Shown piece after piece: positions 12,905 to 22,670 of a stretch of 64,000 bases of DNA. The position numbers were made by a program, and so were the translations under genes. Below the pieces are notes generated by a model. The model was not told where the DNA came from, did no database searches, and was given only the letters and a program-made list of their open reading frames with translations. Origin of the DNA: Eledone cirrhosa (lineage: Eukaryota); the NCBI GenBank assembly GCA_964016885.1, contig OZ024748.1, positions 15,128,001 through 15,192,000 of the forward strand, written 5' to 3'. Numbering within the stretch: position 1 is the stretch's first letter; each line of letters begins with the position of its first letter.

Positions 12905-13284
12905 ATACAAAGTAAAACCTACTAGTCAGTAGGCATCTCTAACAAAATACACCCCCGTCCCACCCCATCCACACCGCCCCCTTCAATGCAAAGTTATGTT
13001 GGTGCCACAACATCCAGGCCGAATCAAACAAGATCGTGTAGGTGTCACGACAAAAAAACACACAGTCCACGCTGTAATGTGACCGTGTAGGCAACACGGT
13101 AAAAACCTCCCAGCCCCACACTGTAAATGTGGTTGGTGTTAGGAAGGGCATCCAGCTGTAGAAAACCCGCCAGACAGTCCTATGCGAGCAAGACAACCAC
13201 TCTTGCCTTAAGTGGGAAAACCCCCGTCCAAACCCATGCAAGCGTGGAACAGGGACGTTAAACGATGATGATGATGATGATGAT
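11432..13284 (+). mobile_element. RTE-clade LINE, subfamily A, 5'-truncated
   Basis: RT ORF, 3' UTR with GGTTGGTGTTAGGAAGGGCATCCAGCTGTAGAAA, (GAT)n tail; (TA)n at both junctions; highly similar to the copy at 57070-58495. Confidence 0.95.
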
Positions 13285-13293
13285 ATATATATG

Positions 13294-13369
13294 TAGGATG
13301 TAGCATGGCTAAATGATAAGAAGTTTGCTTTGCAATTGTTAGGTACTAGGTTTGATGCCAGTGTAGCAT
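13294..13369 (-). repeat. Inverted duplication of the upstream flank 11299-11374
   Basis: 76-bp exact reverse complement read directly from the sequence. Confidence 0.95.
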
Positions 13370-13371
13370 TG

Positions 13372-13524
13372 AAGGAAAAGCAAACATATTTTCAATAATA
13401 TATCATATATATATAATGTATATAAATCTTGACACACTGGCATATGTATATATATATACATATGCCAGTGTGTCAAGATTTATATATACATGATATATTA
13501 TTGAAAATATGTTTGCTTTTCCTT
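13372..13524. repeat. Long near-perfect palindrome centred on (TA)n
   Basis: AAGGAAAAGCAAACATATTTTCAATAATATATC...AATCTTGACACACTGGCATATG(TA)nCATATGCCAGTGTGTCAAGATT...GATATATTATTGAAAATATGTTTGCTTTTCCTT. Confidence 0.95.
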
Positions 13525-13631
13525 TTGCGAAACCACAACAATGTAGATAGTGCCTATAGGAGTGGAAAAAGTGGACAGAAATGCCAGTAGTGAGCAAAGT
13601 ACGCATCTGTGTGTTACATATCCTCCTCTCT

Positions 13632-13688
<57 letters not shown>

Positions 13689-14189
13689 GACAGATATATA
13701 CAGATGTATACAGATGTGTGGACAGTCAGATATATACAGATATGTGTGTGCACATATGTATAGATAAATATGGACAAATTGTATAAGTGTGGGTATAAGT
13801 ACATACAGACATATGTTTCTCTATAAATAAAAGCAATTAAATATAAACACACATATGATTTGAATACTTATTTTTCAGTGGCTGTTTCTGCAAAACTTCA
13901 AACAATCAAACTTTTCTGAAATCAATCAAGAATGCAAATTACCTGGTCAAAAGATCAATTACTAATATCTAATGACTTTCTAAACCTCAGTCTGTCTATC
14001 GCATTAGCCATAAGTAAATACAGACAGTGATTCCTCTGACTCTAGTAATCAGGTTTAAATAAAATAGTAACTAATCAATTAGAATAGTAAACAAATCTTT
14101 TATTTATATATCATTTACATAGTCAACGTTTCTTTTCTCTTGGCTGTGCATACGGCCCTTCAATTATTATTAGTATTATGGCGGTAAAT

Positions 14190-15120
14190 CCAACTGGAAT
14201 GTCTTCAGGCGCTCACAGCGCTCGACCAGTCGGGCAATGTGATAGGTGGAAAGCCCACCTTGGCATTCTATAGAGGATTAGTGGAGGGGAAGAGCGACGA
14301 CATACTTGGGGAAACTCTAGGCGTCGACGAAAATCAACTAGCCAATCTCTTCAGAAGAACTTTCGGGCCGGGGCCTATGGACAATTTCCAGAAATCCCTG
14401 GCCAGGCAGTGTTACCGAGGAGCTTTGCCAGTTCGGGATAAACTCTACAGGCATGGAAGTACCGTCTGCCAGGCATGTCCAAGATGCGTGCAGGGCGACG
14501 AAACCGTCCTGCACGTACTCATCCAGTGTCTGAGCATTGCTGACTTGTGGGTTTATGTCGAACACCTGCTGTCGCGTGTAGAATGGATCCGGCTATCAGC
14601 TGAGTCCATCGTGAGGATTGCCCCGCCCTCTTCCTTTAGCTGGGAAGGGCAGGCAGTTTTTATGTCTGGTGGCCATGGCGAAATAGATAGTATGGTGGAC
14701 GCATCTGAAAGGGCTGAAGACGAGCACTTACCCTTTCAGTGATGCCTTGATTAACTTTTTCAAATGAAATTTGAAAAGGAAAATCAGGGTAGAGAGGGAA
14801 GTGCTCTCTTCCCAGCATTTTTTTGAAAGCTGGGTAAGAGAGGCAAGAATGGCCCGAGTGAATGGGCCTACTCTGAGTTTGTATCTGTAAATTGAATGTG
14901 GAAAACTGGTAGTCAGGGTCACCATGGCTTTTTTTAATGGGCTTTCTCCACGATGGCCCTCAGAAGTCTCCCCCCTATTGGGGAATTTTTCATTGTTCCT
15001 CTTTTTGTTACATCCTCTGTTTATTTTACATGCAGAAATGCCCATTTGTACCGTCCTGTATTGTCCTGTACTGTCCTTAATGTCTTACTTTGTGTAAACC
15101 CTTGTGGTTAATAAAGAAAG
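14190..15120 (+). mobile_element. L1/Tx1-clade LINE 3' fragment (decayed ORF2 end with zf-RVT CCHC knuckle)
   Basis: RQCYRGALPVRDKL...CPRC..GDETVLHVLIQC; T-rich 3' UTR ending AATAAAGAAA; probable TSD ATTATGGC(G/A)GT..AAT at 14175-14189 and 15125-15140. Related 3' ends at ~45620-45760 (-) and ~46165-46345 (+). Confidence 0.85.
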
Positions 15121-15124
15121 CAGA

Positions 15125-15600
15125 ATTATGGCAGTGAAATGGCAGCATCTGTAGAGGGTCGGACGGCATGATTTCCAGCATAGAGTTGGGGCCCTTTACG
15201 ATCCAAGTTCAAATCCCACCGAGGTTAACTTTGCCTTTCATCCTTACAGGGTGATTAAAATAAAGTACCAGTAATGCACTGGGATAATTGCTGGCTTTGC
15301 ACCAAAAGTAGAAAACAATTATTATTAGTATTATTATTTTTTCTATTATTATTAGGGTGGTGGATTGGCAGTATCGGTAGAGCATCAGACAACATGCTTT
15401 GTAGTATAGAGTTATGGTCCTTTGCGTTCTGAGTTCAAATCCAGCCGAGGATAGCTTTGCCTTTCATCTTTATGGGGTCGATTAAATAAAGTTGATTTAA
15501 TTGACATCCTTTCTCCCCACAAATTATTGTCCTTGTGTCTAAATCAGAAATCATTATTATTGGCAGGGTCGGACGCCATGCTTTGACGCCTAGAGTTACT
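15125..15600 (+). mobile_element. Head-to-tail cluster of SINE family 2 copies
   Basis: Two full copies and one partial copy separated by (ATT)n tails. Confidence 0.85.
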
Positions 15601-16233
15601 TTTTAGAGTGTGGTTTAATATAATGCAAGTTGTGTTATTTTGTTGAGAGTAAACATGTAATCTATGTGTTGTTTGATTGGTGTTGTGTGGTTTAATATAA
15701 TGTGAGTTGTATTATTATGTTGTGTGGTTTAAAGCAAAGTAAGTTGTGATATTTTGTTGTATGGTCTAATGTTGGACAGTATAGGTTATGTGATATATGG
15801 ATAGTGTCATATCAACTCTATAAAATGCGAATTGTGTGAGTTGGTGTTAGAGCATAGAATATTCATTATGTAAGAGTACATGTCATATCATTTGTCAGGT
15901 CCTAACCACAATGCTGTATCTTCCCCATCTCTCTTTGTCTGTAAACTCACACACAAACACATGCACAACACATACACAAACAGAAACACACACACACACA
16001 CACAATGCATACACATACATAACACACAAACACACACAGAGTCAAATATTTTCTCTTACAAAGTACCTTTACACTCAAGGTGAAGAAAACTCAAGGCCGA
16101 GAAGGAAATGTATATTATTGTATATTAATTCTGGTCACTTTACATTGCCTTAGAATAGGCACACACATATCTACATACACCACACACACATATATATGTG
16201 TGTGTGTTTGTATATGTATGTATATATACACAC

Positions 16234-16283
<50 letters not shown>

Positions 16284-16297
16284 CCACAAACAAACAA

Positions 16298-16336
<39 letters not shown>

Positions 16337-16714
16337 CATACATACACGTGTATGCACAGATATAATGAAAGAAATGATTTTTATTGATGGCAAACCTTTA
16401 GTGGTATGTGTGTCCTTTATAAAACATAACCTATTGTAGCTCGGTAATATAATGGTTTTCTATAAAATGTATTTTGGGTTTTATGATTCTGGTGTGTGTG
16501 GATAGCAAAGCCTGGTACTTTTACATCCCCACTATCTTTTATTTCCCTCTCTCTCTCTCTCTCTCAAAAACACACACCTTAACACACATACAGAGAAATA
16601 ACTGAAAAATATTTACCTTTATCTACCTATCTGTCTATGTCCCTCGATCTCTCTCTATGTATGTATATATCTGTCTTAGTTTATCTACATATCTATCCAC
16701 CCCCTGTATATGTG

Positions 16715-16719
<5 letters not shown>

Positions 16720-16772
<53 letters not shown>

Positions 16773-16981
16773 AACATAAATATATATATATTTATAAATA
16801 TATATATATACATACACACACACAAACATAAATATATATATATTTATAAATATATATATATACATACACACAAACATAAATATATATATATTTATAAATA
16901 TATATATATACATACACACACACAAACATAAATATATATATATGTATACATATATATATATTTATAAAAATATATATATAT
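16720..16981. repeat. TA-rich compound tandem repeat at the LINE 5' junction
   Basis: About 4 copies of (CA)nAACATAAATATATATATATTTATAAATATATATATATA. Confidence 0.85.
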
Positions 16982-19803
16982 AATTCTGCGACGCCAATGA
17001 CATGTCGATATGTAACACAAACTTTAAAAAACCCGACAACCACCTGATCACCTATAGATCAGGGGAGCACTCTAGTCAGTTAGATTTTATCCTCATCAGA
17101 GGACGTGACAGATGGACGGTCGTAAACACAAAAGCCTTCCCTAGTGAGGAATGTACATCCCAACATAGCTTAGTTGTCAGCGACCTCACGGTCAGAACTA
17201 GACGAGCCCTGAAACAGAGGCCAACCTGGAGAAGAAAGATCTGGAAGCTGAAAGTCCCCTCAACCAGTAACAGATTTAAAGATATTTTACTCAACGCCTA
17301 CGACAGTAAAGAAGAACAGATAGAGACATTTAACGTAGAAGAGAACTGGGAGTTCCTAAAAAATAACTTACTAGAGGCGACGGATGAGGTTTGTGGCTGG
17401 AGTAAGACCTCAAGCAGGAGGAGAGTGACTTGGTGGTGGAACAATAAGGTAGATGAAGCAGTCAAGGCCAAGAGACAGGCATGGAAAGAATGGAAGAACG
17501 GGGGGAGCAGGGTACATTACATAGAGACCAAGAGGGAAGCTAGGCGACAAGTATACTTAGCTAGGAGGGAAGCAGAGGATAGAAAATTCAAGCATGTTTT
17601 ACAACGTGAGGACCAGAAACAGGAGGTATTCAAGATTGCGAGGCAGTGTGTCAGAGATAGTTGTGATGTCATTGGAGAGAAGTGTATCCGGAATGATAAA
17701 GGTGAGCTTGCCCTCACAAGTGCTGAGAAGAAAGATGCATGGAAGAGTCATTATGATAGATTACTAAATGAGGAGAATGCATGGGAAGAAGAGACCCTAC
17801 CCCACGTAGACCCTATAGAGGGACCAGCAGTACAAGTCAGCGGCAGCGTAGTAAGTAAGGCAATCAGAGATATGAAGATAGGGAAGGCAACCGGTCCATC
17901 GGGTATAGCTGCCGAGATGCTGAAGGCATCTGGGTCTGTAGGTCACACTATAACCACACGTATCGTTAACCAGGTAATACTAGAGGGGGCCATACCAAAA
18001 GATTGGTGCAGTAGCATCATTGTCAACTGCTACAAAGGTAAAGGCGATGCACTAGATAGAGGAAACTATAGAGGTATAAAGTTGATGGACCAGGTCATGA
18101 AAGTAACAGAAAGAGTTATAGCACAGCTGATTAGGGACCGGGTGAATATAGACGAGATGCAATTTGGGTTTGTTCCAGGGAAAGGCACCACTGATGCGCT
18201 CTTCCTTGTGAGGCAATTACAGGAAAAGTACCTAGCTAAAAGTAAGCCACTCTACTTGGCATTTGTCGACCTTGAGAAAGCCTTTGACAGAGTTCCACGT
18301 GCAGTAATCTGGTGGGCTCTTAGAAAACTAGGAGTAGATGAATGGCTTGTGAAAGCGGTACAAGCCATGTATAGGGGAGCAGTCAGCAAAGTTAGGATTG
18401 GCAATGAGTATAGCGAGGAATTTAGCATACAGGTTGGGGTCCACCAGGGCTCTGTTCTTAGCCCTCTCCTGTTCATCATAGTCCTGCAGGCAATAACGGA
18501 GGAGTTTAAGACCGGATGCCCATGGGAACTCCTGTATGCTGATGACCTCGCACTCATAGCTGAATCTATGGTAGAACTAGAGAATAAATTCCAAACCTGG
18601 AAGCAGGGACTAGAGAGAAAGGGCCTCAAAGTCAACATGACAAAGACTAAGGTCCTTATAAGTAGACGAGAAAACAGAACCCAGATCCCCTCAGGGAAAT
18701 GGCCTTGCTCAGTATGTAGGAAAGGTGTAGGTAGGAACTCCATTCTTTGCCCCAAATGCAAACAATGGGTACACAAGAGATGTAGCGGGATCTCAGGAAG
18801 CTTAATTAAGAATGTAGGATTCACATGCAGCAACTGTGCTGAAACAGCAAGCAAACAGCCACAGGAAACAAGTACCACCAATCTCTGGGAGGGCCCTGTA
18901 GAAACAGTAGACAGCTTCTGCTACCTAGGTGACCGAATTAGCAACGGAGGTGGGTGCTCAGAAAGTACAATAACTAGGGTAAGAACGGGATGGAAGAAGT
19001 TTAGGGAACTACTACCACTGCTAGCTGCAAAAGGCTTCTCCCTCAGAATGAAAGGCAGACTGTATGATGCGTGTATCCGAACAGCGATGTTGCATGGTAG
19101 TGAGACCTGGGCGCTGAAGGTGGAAGACTTACGTAGATTAGAGAGAAACGAAGCCTGCATGCTCCGATGGATGTGTAACAGTAATATACGTGAACGACAA
19201 AGCATAAATGAATTGAGAGAGAGACTGAGCATAAGAGGAATCAAATGCTGCGTGCAGGAGAGGCGGTTACGCTGGTATGGACATGTGATGCGTATGAAGG
19301 ATGACAGCTGCATAAAAAGGTGCAGAGCACTAGAAGTTGATGGAAACCGCGGAGTGGGGAGACCCAAGATGACTTGGGATGAGGTGATAAAAGCCGACCT
19401 TACCCAACTACACCTCTCAAAGTCAATGACACACGACCGTGACTTCTGGCGTCACGCAGTAATACAGGGTACCCGACCTCCCATGGGTACATGCTGAAGC
19501 ATATAAACAATATGCCCCCCCCCCCCCCCCCCACCGCAAGGTGGTCGTGGAGGTGCCACGGCAAAAAAGCACCCAGCCCACACTGTAAAGTGGACGTGTA
19601 GGCGCCACGAAAAAGCACCCAGCACTCACTGTAAATGAGGTTGGTGTTAGGAAGGGCATCCAGCTGTAGAAATCAAGCCAGATCAGTTCCTGTATGAGCA
19701 AGGCATGGTCAGCCGACCAGACACTGCCCACAACAGGACAACCCGTCTAACCCATGCTAGCGTGGAAGAACGGACGTAAAACGGTGATGATGATGATGAT
19801 GAT
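16982..19803 (+). mobile_element. RTE-clade LINE, subfamily B, 5'-truncated within the AP-endonuclease
   Basis: Uninterrupted ORF, 3' UTR with short internal tandem units, (GAT)n tail; (TA)n at both ends. Confidence 0.95.
17002..19497 (+). CDS. RTE ORF: C-terminal part of AP-endonuclease, reverse transcriptase and PHD-like finger (831 aa from an internal Met)
   Basis: ITY..SQLDFIL..SQHSLV (APE C-terminus), [35 protein letters not shown] at 18535-18546, RRLRWYGHV. The frame is open upstream (FCDAND) to the truncation point. Confidence 0.9.
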   Translation: MSICNTNFKKPDNHLITYRSGEHSSQLDFILIRGRDRWTVVNTKAFPSEECTSQHSLVVSDLTVRTRRALKQRPTWRRKIWKLKVPSTSNRFKDILLNAYDSKEEQIETFNVEENWEFLKNNLLEATDEVCGWSKTSSRRRVTWWWNNKVDEAVKAKRQAWKEWKNGGSRVHYIETKREARRQVYLARREAEDRKFKHVLQREDQKQEVFKIARQCVRDSCDVIGEKCIRNDKGELALTSAEKKDAWKSHYDRLLNEENAWEEETLPHVDPIEGPAVQVSGSVVSKAIRDMKIGKATGPSGIAAEMLKASGSVGHTITTRIVNQVILEGAIPKDWCSSIIVNCYKGKGDALDRGNYRGIKLMDQVMKVTERVIAQLIRDRVNIDEMQFGFVPGKGTTDALFLVRQLQEKYLAKSKPLYLAFVDLEKAFDRVPRAVIWWALRKLGVDEWLVKAVQAMYRGAVSKVRIGNEYSEEFSIQVGVHQGSVLSPLLFIIVLQAITEEFKTGCPWELLYADDLALIAESMVELENKFQTWKQGLERKGLKVNMTKTKVLISRRENRTQIPSGKWPCSVCRKGVGRNSILCPKCKQWVHKRCSGISGSLIKNVGFTCSNCAETASKQPQETSTTNLWEGPVETVDSFCYLGDRISNGGGCSESTITRVRTGWKKFRELLPLLAAKGFSLRMKGRLYDACIRTAMLHGSETWALKVEDLRRLERNEACMLRWMCNSNIRERQSINELRERLSIRGIKCCVQERRLRWYGHVMRMKDDSCIKRCRALEVDGNRGVGRPKMTWDEVIKADLTQLHLSKSMTHDRDFWRHAVIQGTRPPMGTC

Positions 19804-19830
19804 TTATATATATATTTATATATATATATT

Positions 19831-19924
<94 letters not shown>

Positions 19925-19950
19925 TATATATATATTTATATATATATATA

Positions 19951-20215
19951 TTAGAAAGTGAGGTTTTTTTTACAAAATGAAAAATAACCGATGTGTCCTA
20001 TATGAGTGAAAGTATAAAGAAAAAAAGATGAAATCGAAAATGCAACTGGAGTCTTATTTTAAAAAAAATATATATATTTATTTGGTTCCTTTACCGGTTT
20101 CACAGTTCTTCTGCTTTTCAAAAGTAGAGTTGAGATGGAGGGTCTGTCGTTTTTCTCACATCATGTGAGAAAAACCACAGACCCTCCATCTGGCTATATC
20201 GAGTCCCGACTCATT
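19951..20215 (-). mobile_element. Penelope-like pseudo-LTR fragment with minimal hammerhead variant and fold-back end
   Basis: Homologous to 49662-49916; contains TTGAAAA-GCAG..CTGT-GAAACCGGTA on the minus strand; hairpin at 20133-20191; (TA)n on both sides. Confidence 0.6.
20088..20126 (-). ncRNA. Minimal hammerhead-like motif, U3-A8 core variant
   Basis: TACTT-TTGAAAA-GCAG aagaa CTGT-GAAA-CCGG-TA-AAGG on the minus strand; palindromic CCGG stem III; stem I is short. Confidence 0.5.
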
Positions 20216-20611
20216 ATATATATAAATATATATATATTTTTTTTGTGTTGAGTGGCAGTCTACATATTTATCTACCTATATGTGTCTATTATATATATAT
20301 ATCAGTCTGTCAACCAGTCTTATTTTTTATTCCTTGTTACTCTATTCTAAAATTTGATGAAGATCTTTAAAATCAAATAAAACATCACAATCAAATGTTC
20401 TCTCATCTAAAAAACCAAACCAAAAAAACCAAACAATCACCATTTTTTTTTCTTTTCTTTTCCTGGAAATTACGCCATTTTATTCATTTCCAGGCTCAAA
20501 ATTGCAACAATAACGAAACAAGAGGGAGCCCAAAACAAGAAAATGTCAACTACAAGTTCTTATAAAACATGAAACCAGACTATATATAGAAATATATCAC
20601 AGTTCCTGGTT

Positions 20612-20832
20612 CTTAACCCCCCTTTAGCATTTAAACCGGCCGTATCCGGCCAGAATTCTCTCATCTCTTTCTGTTAAAACCAGCTTTATCTGGCCCCTCA
20701 TACTGATGTTAAACTATTTTTCTCAAAATAAATAACATCAAAATCTCATAGATTCCATATTATGAGATAATTATGTAAGATACAGCCTTTACCTCAAAAA
20801 TAAAATAGTATATATAGAGTAATGTAAATGCC
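20612..20832. mobile_element. piggyBac-like MITE (right end lost)
   Basis: TTAACCC..TTTAGCATTTAAACCGGCCGTATCCGGCC start shared with 32559-32764 and 35635-35820. Confidence 0.7.
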
Positions 20833-21240
20833 GAGTTCAACATTTCTTTTCATCTTTTTGGGGTCGTACCAGTAAAGTACTGGTCAATGTTTTAAACTTT
20901 CCCCTTCCTCCAAATTGTTGGCCTTCAGCCCAAATCAGAAGTTATTATTATTGTTATTATTATTGTCCCTATACTTACTGAGTTCAAATCCCACTGAGGT
21001 TAGATTTGCCTTTCATCCTTATGGGGTCAATAAAACAAAGTACCAGTAATGTACTTGGCGAGATTTAATCGAATTTCTCCTCCCCCAAAATTGCTGATTG
21101 TGTGCCTATAATAGAAAGCATTACAAGAGCAGTGCGTTGGCAGAATAGGTAGAGCATCGGACAAAATCCTTTGCTGTTTTATGGCCTTTTACATTTACAA
21201 AATTAGTGGCCTTGAGCCTAAATCAGAAACCATAATTATT
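20830..21240 (+). mobile_element. Cluster of partial SINE family 2 copies
   Basis: Repeated GAGTTCAA..CTTTCATC..GGGGTC..GTACCAGTAA motifs with (ATT)n spacers. Confidence 0.75.
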
Positions 21241-22123
21241 ATTATCATCATCATCCTTATTATTATTATTGTTGTAGAGTAAAAGCAAACCTATTTTATT
21301 AATGCTATTCATTAAAACTATTTAGTGATGGAAATATTTATTCTCATTTCATAGTCACAAATTAGTATAATTAGTAAGAGAGAGAAAGTGAATAAAAGAA
21401 CTGATGTACATACGTCCATAAGTTTGTGTACGTATGTATGTATTTGCATACATGTGATGTGTATTATGAATTTATGTGTGTGTATGTGTGTGTATTTATA
21501 TTTATTCCTAAAGCTAATATGATTGGTTTACAACAACTACTTAAACACCCAACCAAAGTATATTAACACAATATACATTACAATCACATACACACACATA
21601 CATATACATACATACACACACATATATCTATATAAATACACATATACAATCACACACATACATAATACATATACACTCACACACATACATAATACATACA
21701 CATACACATACATACCTATACACACAAACGTATATAATACATATACGTACACATATACACATTTACACACACCAATATAAATATATATATATATGTGCAT
21801 ATGTGAATTTTTTGATGAGGTAACTATTAATTATTGTAATTGAGAGAGAGAGAGTTTTATTAAAAGCTAAAGAATTAGCAACTAAACTCTATTTAATTTG
21901 CTAGCTGTCAACATAATTGTATTTATTACTTAGTAATTTTACCTGCCATAGACACTGCATGTAATAAATACTTAGGTAACAATGGTAATGTAAATTAATA
22001 ATATCCTGTTAGAAGTATACATTTGAGTGCACAAGTACCAGTGGCAGTATATGCTTTGTTATACATATATACTGCAATAATTGGTGGTATTTAAACACAT
22101 TACTTCATTTAATATTTCATTGA

Positions 22124-22262
22124 TTATACCAGGAGTTGTGGCCAGTAGATGGTATAAGCAATTGGAAAGACCAATGGAAACATTGTTTCCTTGGTTCGAT
22201 TTAACAAGCTCCACACCACTTGGTATGCAAATGAGGTCTGGGATCTTGTCGATTGATTCGAT
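22124..22262 (+). repeat. ~140-bp dispersed repeat of unknown class (second copy 55550-55690, minus strand)
   Basis: Shared GCAATTGGAAAGACCAATGGAAA.ATTGTTTCCTTGGT core and similar boundaries. Confidence 0.75.
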
Positions 22263-22336
22263 CAATTATTTCATAGAAGTAGCAAGTAAATAATGCAGTT
22301 ATTAATAAGAAGAGATGAATTTAATGCATGCAAGTT

Positions 22337-22429
22337 GCCTCAGTAGTGCAGTAGGCAGTACGTTATTCTCATAATCAGAAGTAATACTTGGGGAATCTGA
22401 AGGTCGTGAGTTTGATCCACACATAGACA
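22337..22429 (+). pseudogene. Elongator tRNA-Met(CAT) pseudogene with a 21-nt insertion at the canonical intron position
   Basis: GCCTCAGTAGTGCAGTAGGCAGTACGTTATTCTCATA[atcagaagtaatacttgggga]ATCTGAAGGTCGTGAGTTTGATCCACAC aligns with eukaryotic tRNA-Met-e. CpG-type decay in the D and T arms, broken acceptor stem, T-run downstream. Confidence 0.8.
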
Positions 22430-22477
22430 CATTTATTTTCATTTTGTTGTATAACACCTGATTACTTTACACAATCT

Positions 22478-22670
22478 TCAGTGGGTTGGCAGTATCGGTA
22501 GAGGGTCAGACAAAATGTTTTCCAGCACAGAATTACGTCCCTTTACATTTTGAGTTCAAATTCGACTGAGGTTAACTTTACCTTTCATCCTTACTGGGGT
22601 CAATAAAATAAAGTACCAGTAATACACTGGGATAATTGCTGAGCTTGTGCCAAAAGTAGAAACAATTATT
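22478..22670 (+). mobile_element. SINE family 2 copy
   Basis: TGGCAGTATCGG A box, GAGTTCAAAT B box, family core. Confidence 0.85.

Noticed and set aside
18252-19367. Antisense ORFs over the LINEs (also 11479-12624 and 57498-58439)
   Set aside because: Shadow frames of the RT coding strand, broken at different places in different copies.
17002-19497. Autonomous active LINE or domesticated RT gene
   Set aside because: Truncated within the endonuclease and lacks a 5' UTR and native start; the intact frame reflects youth rather than demonstrated function.
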